Numbered from the stretch's first letter, positions 9,657 to 20,006 are shown. The stretch is DNA of 32,855 bases from an uncultured Chthonomonadaceae bacterium (GCA_963835065.1 CAWIEK010000020.1:1-32855); one strand, 5' to 3'. The notes: a model not told the origin generated them from the sequence alone. Program-made: numbers and translations.

Positions 9657-10808
9657 GTGGGACCGATAATCATCTTAGACAAGTCAGTGCTGCAATCTTT
9701 ATCTTTTGAGGAGATAAAATTCCTACGCCGTCACTACCTTGTTAATATTGTGCCTGTCCTCGTAATTGAAATTCTTGGAAACCTCAAGAAGTATGCCGAC
9801 GATGAAGCGCGTTCACAGGATATAGTAAAACAGCACGCAGACAAATTCAGTCCACTAGATTCTGTGGTAAATGGAAGCTACCAAGTTCTTGCGACAGCTT
9901 CCTTGTTAGGTGCTAAATTCGAGATGGACGGGCGACCCGTTGTAACAGGGGCTATTTCGTTTACTGATTCAAATGGCGACAGAGGAGTAGTGGTAGATGA
10001 ACGCCCTGAAGAGGAAGCCTTACGAAGGTGGCGGAGGGTCAGTTTACAGAAGCCGAGAAAACTCTTGCTCAACGTTGGCGGGATGTGAACTCGTAGCCTT
10101 GATCTAAAGGGTTTCCGAACCGAACTGTTGAAGGCGAATACGGATATTCCAAAGGTAAAGACCCTTGATGAGTTGAAAGTACAAGTTGACAATCTCCTCA
10201 GCGCGGAAAGTTCGCAATTGTTCTATTTGCAGTGGCTAATTGCTCGTCTTAACCTCCCGTTCCAACGTGCCACTATAGTGGCACGTTGGAATATAGGCCG
10301 GTTTACTTCCTTGCGTCACTTCGCTCCCTACGCTTTTCACTGTCTGCGGGTAGAAACCGCGTTCATGCTCGGTTTGATGCATGGAGTAATGAGCGGGATG
10401 ATTGCTGCACGTCCAACCAACAGAGTAGACTTGGAATATTTATTCTACCTTCCCTTCTGCCATGTATTTTCATCAGGCGATAATTTCCAAGGTCCTTTTT
10501 GTAAATTATTCTTGGCGGACTACCAACAATTCATTCCTGCAAGTGACCTCAAGACTGATCTTCACAATATAGCTACAGCATGGAAGGCTCTGACTGAAGA
10601 TGAGCAGAAGGCGCAGCGAAGAGAATACAGTTGCTATCCACCTGTGAACGCAACCTCCTTCACTCACCAAATGTGGTTGAAGCATATGAAGCCGTGGCGT
10701 CCAGGCATACATGATGTACAAATCAGCCCGGAACAGGAGCGAGTCATGTTAGAGCGGGCGCGAGCTGCCCAAGCAGCACTAAAAGGCAAAAGAGATAAGA
10801 CTACTTAG
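9657..10808 (+). CDS. Hypothetical protein with PIN-like motifs; apparently one gene with two compensating indels (~10034 and ~10088)
   Basis: GGAGG RBS with GTG start. ORFs 9657-10088 and 10128-10808 share a frame, and the alternative frame GQFTEAEKTLAQRWRDV bridges them. Motifs IILDKSVL and DLEYLFYLPFCHVFSSGD. Confidence 0.7.
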
Positions 10809-10834
10809 GGGCTGTGGTTTTTATCTTCCTGAAC

Positions 10835-10858
10835 GTAGGGGCGTTGCTTGCTGCGCCC
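10835..10858 (+). repeat. GTAG-type REP
   Basis: GTAGGGGCGTTGCTTGCTGCGCCC; reverse complement of the units at 23604-23716. Confidence 0.8.
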
Positions 10859-11008
10859 TTTTGCGCATTGCGCCCGCCGGGAAGAGAATAGATGTACAGC
10901 CCCAGGCAAGCGCCCCTCCCCGTTCCTCACACGATGCCAACAGCAACCATCCAGCGCAACTCCCGCAAAAATAAACAGAAAAAAAGAGCCAAACAACCCG
11001 AAAACAGC

Positions 11009-11036
11009 GAACCTTTTGCTCCGTTCCTCCTGTCTA
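11009..11036 (+). promoter_or_regulatory. Putative ECF promoter upstream of repeated element copy 1 and the macroglobulin gene
   Basis: GAACCTT…GTCTA (AAC-N19-GTCT), followed by ACAAGTGTCTACTA, which is shared with copy 2. Confidence 0.5.
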
Positions 11037-11121
11037 AATAGTACAAGTGTCTACTAACCAGACACAAAGGCTGAACGTTCGTAGTTCCTATCAACTATCA
11101 ACTATCAACTACTTACTCAGG

Positions 11122-11271
11122 AAAGGAGGTACAGGCCCATGTCCCACCCCTCCCGTTCGCCCTGACGCTTTCGAGGCCACGACGCCTCTCTCCTACAATT
11201 TGACACAACGAGACATCGGGCTGGAAGCGCTGCATTGCCAAGATTTCGACGATGACTCTACATATCCTTTT
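11122..11271 (+). ncRNA. Unassigned structured RNA / 8-codon uORF element, copy 1
   Basis: Ungapped match to 23285-23435 (-), with 9 mismatches over ~133 nt from the ATG. AAAGGAGG SD; ATG 11139 to TGA 11165 (MSHPSRSP). Confidence 0.55.
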
Positions 11272-11388
11272 TTCTATAGGCAGGTACTTTCAGTAGGCCG
11301 CGCTTGTGCCTCAGTAACCATCTTTGCGCGGTATCCGTCTAAACATCAACATTCACCCCGATTACATTGTTTAGAGGAATACCACGCC

Positions 11389-14300
11389 ATGCGACGTTTA
11401 CGACCTTCTTTCTATTCTCTGCTGCCCGCGTTCGGTATAACGACGGTGTTTGCCGGACTGTTTGCCACCTCTGCGCAGGCGCAAAACGCAAGGCGCGTGT
11501 TTGCGTTTCGGCGGGACAATACGCCTTCCACTTTTAACCGCAAGGATTTTGACGTTTCGCCGCTGGAAACGCGCGTGTTGGGACAGCGAACGTGGCTGCG
11601 GGGCGGGCCGGCTTCGCTGCGTATCCTTGTGGGCAACCATCTTACGGGCAAATCCGTGCCCGCGTCCGTGTCGCTTGGATTGGCGAAGATGGAAAACGGC
11701 AAGCCGGACGCCAACAGCCTGCCCCTGTACGCAGGGCAGACCAACGCGCTCGGCACAATGGACGCGCAGTTTCACGCGCCCAAAGTCGCGCCCGGTCCGT
11801 ATCAACTCACCATCAGCGTCAAGTCTGCGCTTGGCGAGGACACCATTACGCAGCCGATACAGATTGAAGAGTCCATGCAGTTGATGTTGACGGCGGACAA
11901 GCCCCTGTATCAGCCGGGACAGACGATGCACCTCCGCGCCCTCGCGCTGGATATGGCGACGCGGGAAGCGCTTGCCGATCAGCCGATTACGTTTGAAGTG
12001 GAGGATGCGCGGGGCAACAAGGTGTTCAAGAAACATCAAACGCTGTCGCGCTACGGTGTCGCGTCCGCCGATTTCATTCTGGCCGATGAAGTGAATATGG
12101 GAGCGTTTACCCTTCGCGCTATTTTGCCGACCGGGGAAACCGAAAAGAAGGTGCGGGTGGAGCGCTACGTCCTGCCCAAGTACAAAATCGCCATCACGAC
12201 GGACAAGCCGTACTATCTGCCCGGCGAAGAGGTGAAGGGAACGGTCAAGGCGACGTACTTTTTCGGCAAGCCGGTGGGGGATGCGCAGGTCACGGTTGCC
12301 ATCAATACCTTCGATGTCGGCATGACCAAACTGGCGGAACTGAAAGACAAGACCGACCCGATTGGCGTGTACACCTTCCGCTATACCCTGCCCACTTCGT
12401 TTGTCGGGCAGCCGTTCGCGCAGGGCAAGGCGCAGGTTGAGTTTGCCGCCACCATCAAGGACAAGGCCGACCACAAGCAGGAAGCGCATCAAAGCGTACC
12501 CGTTGTCAAAGAGCCGGTTTCGGTTGTCGTCGTGCCGGAACATCGCGTGCTGGTCCCCAACGTGGAAAACCGGGTGTACATCGCGGCGGCTACGCCCGAC
12601 GGGACGCCGCTCCAAAAGTGCCGCGTGTTCGTGTACCGGGGCAAGCCGCAGCCGCTTCATGGCGCGAGGGATCAGCGGGGCTATGACCTGCAAACCGACG
12701 AGTTGGGGCTGGCGACGTTTACATTCCGACGCCTCGCCGGACGAGAAAACCGGTGTCGAGTGGACGATGGAAGTGACGGACAAGGCGGGGCATACGGGCG
12801 TGGGAACCGTAAGCCTGCAAAACGCGGGCGGGCAGGACGGCCTGATTTTGCGCTCCGATAAAACCATCGCCAAAGTGGGCGAACGCCTGAATTTGTCCGC
12901 GCTGTCGTCCGTCAAGGGCGGAACCGTTTACTTCGATGTGATCCGCAACAAGCAGACGATTGTGACGCGGGCGGAAAACGCGAACGGCGGCCAGGCGAAT
13001 CTTCTGCTTCCCCTCACGCACGATATGGTGGGAACGCTGCAAATCCGCGCCTACAAAATCCTGCCCGACGAGAACATCCTCCGCGATTCGCGGACGCTGA
13101 TCGTCACGCCCGCCGATGATTTGAATATCCACGTCACGGCGGACAAAGCGCAGTACAAACCGGGCGGGGAAGCCGTACTGAAGTTTGCCGTGCAGGACGC
13201 GCAAAAGCATCCCGTACAGGCGGCAATCGGGCTTGCGGTTGTGGATGAAAGCGTGTTCGCTCTTTCGGAATTGCAGCCGGGGCTTGAGCGCGTTATCTTC
13301 ACGCTGGAAAAAGAGTTGATGGAGCCGAAGTACGAACTGCACGGCCTGACGCCTTCCAGTCTGATGCAGCCCAACCCGGTTCAATTTCAGCGCGAGGATG
13401 AGCGACAGCGCGCCGCTGCCCTGATTCTGGCTGCCGCGCCCGAACCCGCTAACTTCGATATTCGCGTGGATACGTTCGCGCAAAAATGGGCGAAAGTGGC
13501 CGTAAAAACCATTCAGTACATGATGGAAGCCAACCGCAAAATCGTCAACGCCGCGCAAAAGTACAAAGCCGATACCCACACTTCACTGACGGCGGAAGAG
13601 GGCGCACCTTATCTGGTCAGCAAAGGCTACCTGCGGGAAAGCGACCTGCGCGATCCGTGGGGACATGCGTACAAAGTGAACATGATGGGCGGCAAGAACT
13701 TTGACAACAACTATTTCACTCTCAGCAGCGCGGGGCCGGACGGCAAGTGGAATACCCCGGACGATCTCGCCAACGTATCCATGTACGGCTGGAATGACGC
13801 TAATAGAACTCGTTCGCGCGGGAGGAGAGGCGCAGCGCAAGGCTTTCTCGACGGAATATCGCCACAGGATATTTTCGCGCTGGATTCGGACAACAGCCTG
13901 ATAGTGGAGGCATTGGAAAAAGAGATGCCGCAGGCGAACAGGGGATTGGGAGCAGGCGGCGGTTTTGGCGGCGGCAGAGTGTTCAATGCCCCGGGAGCAG
14001 GAGCGCCGAGGCCGCTGATGCTGATGGCGAAAGCCAAAATGGACGACGCCAAAAAAGACAAAACGGAAACGGTAACTGTCGGCGCAGGCGGCAGTGACGC
14101 GCCCCGCGTCCGCTCGTTCTTCCCCGAAACCATGTACTGGAACCCCGCCCTGATTACGGATGAGCAGGGAATCGCGCAACTCACGGTTCCGATGGCCGAC
14201 TCGATTACGACGTGGCGGTTGAGCCTGCTTGCCAATTCCACGCGGGGGCAGTTGGGCAGTACGACCACACCCCTGAAAGTGTTTCAGGACTTCTTTGTGG

Positions 14301-16207
14301 ACATTGACCTGCCGGTTTCGCTAACGCAGCATGACCGTGTGGACGTTCCGGTTGCCATTTACAACTATCTGGCTGCCCCACAGCAGGTAACATTGACCTT
14401 GAAGCAGGAGCCGTGGTTCGCGCTGCAAGGCAGGGCAAGCCAAACGGTTCAGGTGGCAGCCAATTCCATCAGCGTCGTATATTATCCGCTCACGGCGAAC
14501 GCTATCGGCCAGCATAGTTTGGAAGTGACGGCGAAAGGCAGTAAATTGTCGGACGCTATGCGCCGCGAAATCGCCGTCACGCCGGATGGCAGATTGCTGG
14601 AAACAACCATTAATGACCGTCTGGAAGGCCGGGCGGAAAAATCGGTCACGTTTGCCGCTAACAGTTTGGAGGGCGCGAGCAGTCTGTGGGTGAAACTGTA
14701 CCCCGGCGCGTTCAGTCAGGTCGTGGAGGGTCTGGACGGTGTGCTGCGGATGCCCAACGGCTGCTTCGAGCAGACAAGTTCCACCACGTACCCCAACCTG
14801 CTCGTGCTGGACTATCTGAAGAAAACCAAGCGCATCAACCCCGAACTGCAACTGAAAGCCGAAGGGTACGTCAACATCGGCTATCAGCGATTGGTTACGT
14901 TCGAGTGCAAGAATGGCGGCTTTTCGTGGTTCGGGAATGAGCCTGCCCATCAGGTGCTGACCGCGTATGGCCTGTTGGAATTCAGCGACATGGCGAAGGT
15001 GCATGACGTAGACCCGAACGTGATTGCCCGAACACAGCAATGGCTTGCGGGCAAACAGCAGGCGGACGGCTCGTGGGAAGAAAAAACGCAGGGCATCGCG
15101 GAAGGCATCATCAACCGGCAAACCGGCGCTCTGCGCACAACGGCGTACATCGCGTGGGCATTAGCGGAAAGCGGCTACACCGGCCCGCAGTTGACAACCG
15201 GCGCGGCGTATGTCAAAGCGCATTTAGAAGAAGCCAAAGACCCGTACACGCTGGCCGTCATTCTCAACCTGCTCACCAGACTGGAGCGCGACAGCGACAC
15301 AACTACCAAAGTCGCCAACGCCTTAATTGCGCTTGCGAAAACAGCGGACAAGGACGCCTACTGGCAGACCGACACGCAAACCTTTACCGGAGCAAAGGAA
15401 CGGGGCGCGGATTTGGAAACAACGGGACTGGCCGCTTACGGGCTGTGCAAGTGGGGCCATAATGCCGCATTTGCCAACAAAGTCCTGACGCATCTGGTGC
15501 AAAGCAAGGACAGTTTCGGGACGTGGGAATCCACGCAGGGAACCGTCTGGTCTATGAAATCCCTCCTGTTCGCCAGCCAGAACGGCGTCGGGAGCGGCAA
15601 GGGCAAAGTGACCATTCTCGCCAACGGACAAAAGGCAGGCTCGTTCGCAATCACGCCCGAAGACAGCGACGTGATGCGGCAAATCAGCCTCGCGGAACAT
15701 CTCAAAGCCGACGCCAACGCGATTACATTGGAATACGAGGGCGACGGGTCGCTTCTGTACCAGATCGTCGGCAGATGCTACGTGCCGTGGAGCCAAGCCG
15801 GACAGCCGCAGCCCGGACAGGAACCTATGTCCATCAAGGTCGCTTACGACAAAACCACTCTGGCGCAGGACGACACCGCAACCGTCACCGTCAGCATCCA
15901 CAACAACACAAACGCAGTGGCGGAAATGCCGCTTGTGGATGTGGGCGTACCGCCCGGTTTCACCGTGAACCCGGAAAAACTGGAAGAGGCGGTAACGGCG
16001 AAAACCATCAGCAAGTACACCGTCGCCGCCCGCCAGATCATCGTGTACATGGAAAAACTGGAACCGGGTCAGACCGTCACCCTGACCTACCAGATCAAGG
16101 CCAAGTACCCGATCAAAGCGCGAACGCCCCTGAGCAAAGTCTACCCCTACTACAACCCGGAAAAAGTCGCCGTGTCCGCCCCGCAGGACATTCTGGTACG
16201 GAAGTAG
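11389..16207 (+). CDS. Alpha-2-macroglobulin family protein (thioester); frameshift near 12727
   Basis: Signal peptide, MG-domain motifs DKPLYQPG and YVLPKY, VRSFFPETMYW, DSITTW, thioester GCFEQ and C-terminal YYNPE. The two ORFs join on removal of one base. Confidence 0.9.
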
Positions 16208-16232
16208 ACGCGGGGTTGAACATACCCGCAGT

Positions 16233-16355
16233 GCCGGGGATTGAAAATCCCCGGCAACACAAAACAAGCGTCCTTACGGACGCGAATTCTCCAAATCAAA
16301 ATTCCCGCGTCCGCAGGACGCTTGCACTTTCCTGCCGGGGATTTTCAATCCCCGG
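16233..16355. repeat. REPIN-like palindromic element (same family as 7273 and 17208)
   Basis: GCCGGGGATTGAAAATCCCCGGC ... GCCGGGGATTTTCAATCCCCGG with inner GCGTCC/GGACGC hairpins, between convergent genes. Confidence 0.85.
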
Positions 16356-17185
16356 AACCTTGTAAACCGTTCCCGTTCCCACGCATCAATTATTTGGCGG
16401 GAAAGGCTGAGGGGCGGGGGAAGCGGGGGCAGGTCGCGTACATCGAACCATGCGGCGTGATCCAGTTCTTCCTCGTCCAAGCGAATGTCGCCGCTCACGT
16501 AACGCGCCGTGAAGCCGACCATCAGTTGATGCGGGAAGGGCCAGGGCTGACTGCCTTCGTACACGATGTCCGTAACCTGGAACCCGACTTCTTCCTCCAC
16601 TTCGCGCCGAACGCACTCTTCCAGCGACTCGCCCGGCAGCACGAAACCGGCCAAAATGCTGTACCGCGTTCCCCATCCCGGCTTGTGCGCCAGCAATACC
16701 CTGTCCCCGCCGTCATGCACGAGGGCGAGGACGGCGGGGCTGACCTGCGGGTAACGGTCATGCCCACAGTTCGGACAATGGCGCATCCACTCCTGCCGCA
16801 TCAGTTCCGTCGCGCTTCCACATACCGGGCAAAATTGGCTGACGCGCTGCCAGTGCAGAATTTGCGCAGCGTAGCCTGCAATCTGCCATTCGGTTTCGCT
16901 TATTCGCCCGTACAGGCTGCGCAGATTGGCAGTTTGCCAGCCGTCGGGAAGCGGCATGTCTTCGGACACTTCGCAGGTTACATACGTCGTCTCCGCAACC
17001 CTGCCAAGCGTGAGAGGCGTAAACGCCGCAAGCGCCTGCCGGACAACAGCATTGTCCGGCAGGAGTTCCACGCCATCCCCGGCTGCCTGAACCAACACAT
17101 CGGAGCCGCGCAAGGGCAGCCAGCGTATCGGGCCGACAGGCAAATCCGACACATACACCCGTTCAAAATCGGGATACAAAGACAT
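16274..17185 (-). CDS. nudC: NAD(H) diphosphatase (Nudix)
   Basis: Zinc ribbon CPVCG…CPNCG, Nudix box GFVLPGESLEECVRREVEEEVG and the SQPWPFP signature. Confidence 0.93.
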   Translation of the reverse strand: MSLYPDFERVYVSDLPVGPIRWLPLRGSDVLVQAAGDGVELLPDNAVVRQALAAFTPLTLGRVAETTYVTCEVSEDMPLPDGWQTANLRSLYGRISETEWQIAGYAAQILHWQRVSQFCPVCGSATELMRQEWMRHCPNCGHDRYPQVSPAVLALVHDGGDRVLLAHKPGWGTRYSILAGFVLPGESLEECVRREVEEEVGFQVTDIVYEGSQPWPFPHQLMVGFTARYVSGDIRLDEEELDHAAWFDVRDLPPLPPPLSLSRQIIDAWERERFTRFRGLKIPGRKVQASCGRGNFDLENSRP

Positions 17186-17207
17186 ACGCGCTGTTCTTTC
17201 TGCCTTA

Positions 17208-17300
17208 GAGCCTATCCTCATAGGCCGGGCATTGAAAATACCCGGCAGGAAAAATCAAGCGTCCTGCGGACGCATATACCGCGCCTATTGGGATAGGCTC
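17208..17300. mobile_element. 93-bp MITE with terminal inverted repeats and a TTA direct repeat
   Basis: TTA-GAGCCTATCC…GGATAGGCTC-TTA, with an internal REP-like hairpin. Confidence 0.7.
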
Positions 17301-17373
17301 TTATGCGCAGGGGCCAGCCCGTCGGGCCAAGATGCGGTAACAATAGGGTTTTCTATGCCGGGTTACACGACAA

Positions 17374-18696
17374 TTACTTTCGGCGCTTCAAGCGGTCAAT
17401 CAGCACCGCGCCCAAAATCACTAATCCGAGTACCACTTTTTGGGTGTAGGGTTCTACGTTCATCAGGTTCATGCCGTTGCGGATCACGGCAATGATGAAC
17501 GCGCCGATGAGTGTGCCGAAAATATAGCCCTGCCCGCCCGACAGACTGGTTCCGCCGACAACGACTGCCGCAATCACATACAGTTCGTACATATTGCCGT
17601 AAGTGGGCGACCCGGCTTTCAATTGCGAAACGGTAATCACGCCGCCGATGCCCGCCATCAGGCCGGATACCAGATAGGCGAACAGCAGCGTTTTGCCGAC
17701 GCTGACGCCCGATAAGCGCGACGCTTCGGGGTTGCCGCCCACCGCGTATATCTGCCGCCCGATGCGCGAACGGGCCATCACGACATGCGCGACGATGTAA
17801 ATGAGCAGCATCAGCACGACCGTATTGGGGATACCGAACAGCCCCGTTCCCCGTCCGAGCCAGGTGAAGGAGGGGGAAATGTCGTACAGCGATTGCCCCT
17901 GCGTGATGATAAACGCCAGCCCGCTCGCCACCTGCATCATTGCCAGCGTAGCGATAAACGGCGGGATGCGAAAGCGGGTAATCATCAGGCCGGAAAACAC
18001 GCCCACCGCGCCGCTCAAAGCAATGGCGGTAAGGCTTGCCCCAAGCATGATACCGGCAGAAGCGTTCGCGCCCCCGCCCGCGTGGATCAGCCAGGCGGTT
18101 GCCACCGCAGACAGGGCGATTAAACTGCCGACGGACAAATCTATGCCACCCGTTAAAATCACCAGCGTCATGCCGACCGCGAGAATGGCGATCACGGCGA
18201 TCTGGTCAGCGATGTTGCGCAGGTTGCCGGGTGACAGAAACGTGGAGCGCTTGCCGCCTGTGGGGGAAATGATTTTTGTTTGCGCAAAGGCGGGGTATTG
18301 AGTTTTCAGGGCGTTCCAGACGGCCCAATCCCGCGCTTGAACCGTTGTGGCGACCGTATCGGGAACGTGTCCCGCAGCCGCCAGTTTTTCCAGTTCCTGC
18401 CGCGCGTCCGGCGGGTTGCCCGCAATGCGCGCGGCAACGCCTAAATGCTCCTGCGCGAAACGCTTTTCCAGCGCGTCGGCAAACTCTTTGTCGCTGTCTC
18501 CCGGCGTGACCACAATTACCACGCTTGCCGGACGGGGCTGTAATGCCAGAATATCCGTCGCCAGCGATTCGCCGCCCTCCTGCCCTACCGGAACTTCCAT
18601 ATGGTAGGTAGCGACGGCAAAAAAGCCGCACAAAACCAGCAGGACGCCCAGCATCCCATACGCCAGCAGAAATTGGCGCACATCCGCTTTTTTCAT
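17374..18696 (-). CDS. Sugar ABC transporter permease (RbsC-like) with an extra extracytoplasmic domain
   Basis: GGIDLSVGS, PPFIATLA, GGNPEASRLSG and VVVGGTSLSGG motifs; ~120-aa soluble insert after TM1. Confidence 0.9.
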   Translation of the reverse strand: MKKADVRQFLLAYGMLGVLLVLCGFFAVATYHMEVPVGQEGGESLATDILALQPRPASVVIVVTPGDSDKEFADALEKRFAQEHLGVAARIAGNPPDARQELEKLAAAGHVPDTVATTVQARDWAVWNALKTQYPAFAQTKIISPTGGKRSTFLSPGNLRNIADQIAVIAILAVGMTLVILTGGIDLSVGSLIALSAVATAWLIHAGGGANASAGIMLGASLTAIALSGAVGVFSGLMITRFRIPPFIATLAMMQVASGLAFIITQGQSLYDISPSFTWLGRGTGLFGIPNTVVLMLLIYIVAHVVMARSRIGRQIYAVGGNPEASRLSGVSVGKTLLFAYLVSGLMAGIGGVITVSQLKAGSPTYGNMYELYVIAAVVVGGTSLSGGQGYIFGTLIGAFIIAVIRNGMNLMNVEPYTQKVVLGLVILGAVLIDRLKRRK

Positions 18697-18762
18697 GAAA
18701 CCTCTTCTATCAATCCCCGCAAATGCGGCAAGCCCTGTCTCATGCAGACTTAGGAAAAAGGG

Positions 18763-19761
18763 CTATTTGACGGTTGCGTCTTTCTCGGCTTCGGCCTTGT
18801 GGTAGAGTTGCGTCGGTATCAGCACTTCGGGGGGAACCGTTTCGCCGGCCATGTATTTTGTAATCGTGGCTATCGTCATTTGGGCGATTTTGTCCGGGTA
18901 CTGAATGGCGTCGGCGTAGATTTTGCCGTCCTTGATCGCTTTGCGGGCTTCCAGTTGGCCGTCGAAGCCGATGACTTTCACTTTATCCGCCCGTCCCGAT
19001 TTTTCCAGCGCGGCGACTGCGCCCAGAGCGGACGGGTCGTTGATGGCGAAAATGCCGTCCAATTGCGGGTTGCCCTGCAAAATATCCTGCGCCGCGCTGA
19101 AGGATTTGTCCCGGTCGCCGCCGCCGGGCAGTTGCGCGACAATGGTAATGTCCTTGTGGGCGCTGAGAACTTCCTTGAAGCCTTTGGTGCGCTGAATCAC
19201 GGACTCGACTTCGGGATAATCCAGAATAGCCACTTTGCCCTTGCCGCCAATCGCCTCGACCATCGCTTCCCCGGCCAGTTTGCCGCCGGAGTAGTTGTCG
19301 GTTGCGACATGCGCGGTTACTGTGGCGGTCTTGTCAAGGCAGGCAATATCCACTGTGAACACGGGAATGCTCGCTTTGTTGGCGTCCTGAATGGCCGTGC
19401 CGATGGAGCGCGAGTCACACGGGGAAAGCACAATTGCGCTGACTTTCTTGACGATAAAGTCCTTCACCTGATCTTTCTGGCGGGCGGGATCGTTTTCCCC
19501 GGCAACCACAACGACCTCATACCCCTGCTTCTTCCCCTCTTCGGTCATCACATCGCCGATGGTCTTGAAGAACGGGTTTGTCAGCGTGAGCAGTGATACG
19601 CCGATAACGCCTTTGGACTTGCCGCCCCCACTGTCAGGCGCGGGCGTGGCGGTTCCCGTCGTGCCGGGAGTGGGCGCGGAAGCGGTTTCAGTCTGCTTGC
19701 CGCAGCCGAACAGCACCGCGCAGCAAAGCGTGGCAAACAGCGCCACAAGTGATTTTTTCAT
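18763..19761 (-). CDS. Sugar ABC transporter substrate-binding lipoprotein (RbsB-like)
   Basis: Lipobox LFGC; motifs TLTNPFF, TDNYSGG, INDPSALGA and IGFDG. Confidence 0.9.
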   Translation of the reverse strand: MKKSLVALFATLCCAVLFGCGKQTETASAPTPGTTGTATPAPDSGGGKSKGVIGVSLLTLTNPFFKTIGDVMTEEGKKQGYEVVVVAGENDPARQKDQVKDFIVKKVSAIVLSPCDSRSIGTAIQDANKASIPVFTVDIACLDKTATVTAHVATDNYSGGKLAGEAMVEAIGGKGKVAILDYPEVESVIQRTKGFKEVLSAHKDITIVAQLPGGGDRDKSFSAAQDILQGNPQLDGIFAINDPSALGAVAALEKSGRADKVKVIGFDGQLEARKAIKDGKIYADAIQYPDKIAQMTIATITKYMAGETVPPEVLIPTQLYHKAEAEKDATVK

Positions 19762-19855
19762 GAGTCAGGCTCCAAAAGGTAGGTGTCGGCGGCGCGTCTC
19801 GTTACGCAACTTCGCCGCAAGCGTCTGCGTAAAAACCCTGTCTGGAAAGAAACTA

Positions 19856-20006
19856 TTCACCACCAAGACGCCAAGAACACCAAGAGAAAACAGGCAACAC
19901 AGTAGGTTTAGAATCGAAGACAATTTCGTTCTCTCCTGTAATTTCACAACGTCTTTCTTCTCATTCTTCTCGTTCTGCTTGGTGTTCTTGGCGTCTTGGT
20001 GGTGAA
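19856..20006. repeat. Palindromic MITE-like element, CACCAAG family, copy 2
   Basis: TTCACCACCAAGACGCCAAGAACACCAAG / CTTGGTGTTCTTGGCGTCTTGGTGGTGAA are perfect arms. Confidence 0.85.

Noticed and set aside
11139..11255. Selenocysteine readthrough of the uORF TGA
   Set aside because: Copy 2 has a second TGA three codons later, and no selenoprotein motif is present.
11150..11265. Fluoride riboswitch or HDV-like ribozyme identity for the element
   Set aside because: GATGACTCTAC resembles the crcB 3' end but the 5' GGxGATG stem is missing, and the helix order does not fit HDV.
11047..11388. N-terminal extension of the macroglobulin from 11047
   Set aside because: It runs through heptamer repeats and the duplicated element; the RBS and signal peptide support ATG 11389.
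16241..17296. 351-aa plus-strand ORF
   Set aside because: It is antisense to nudC and begins and ends in repeat elements.
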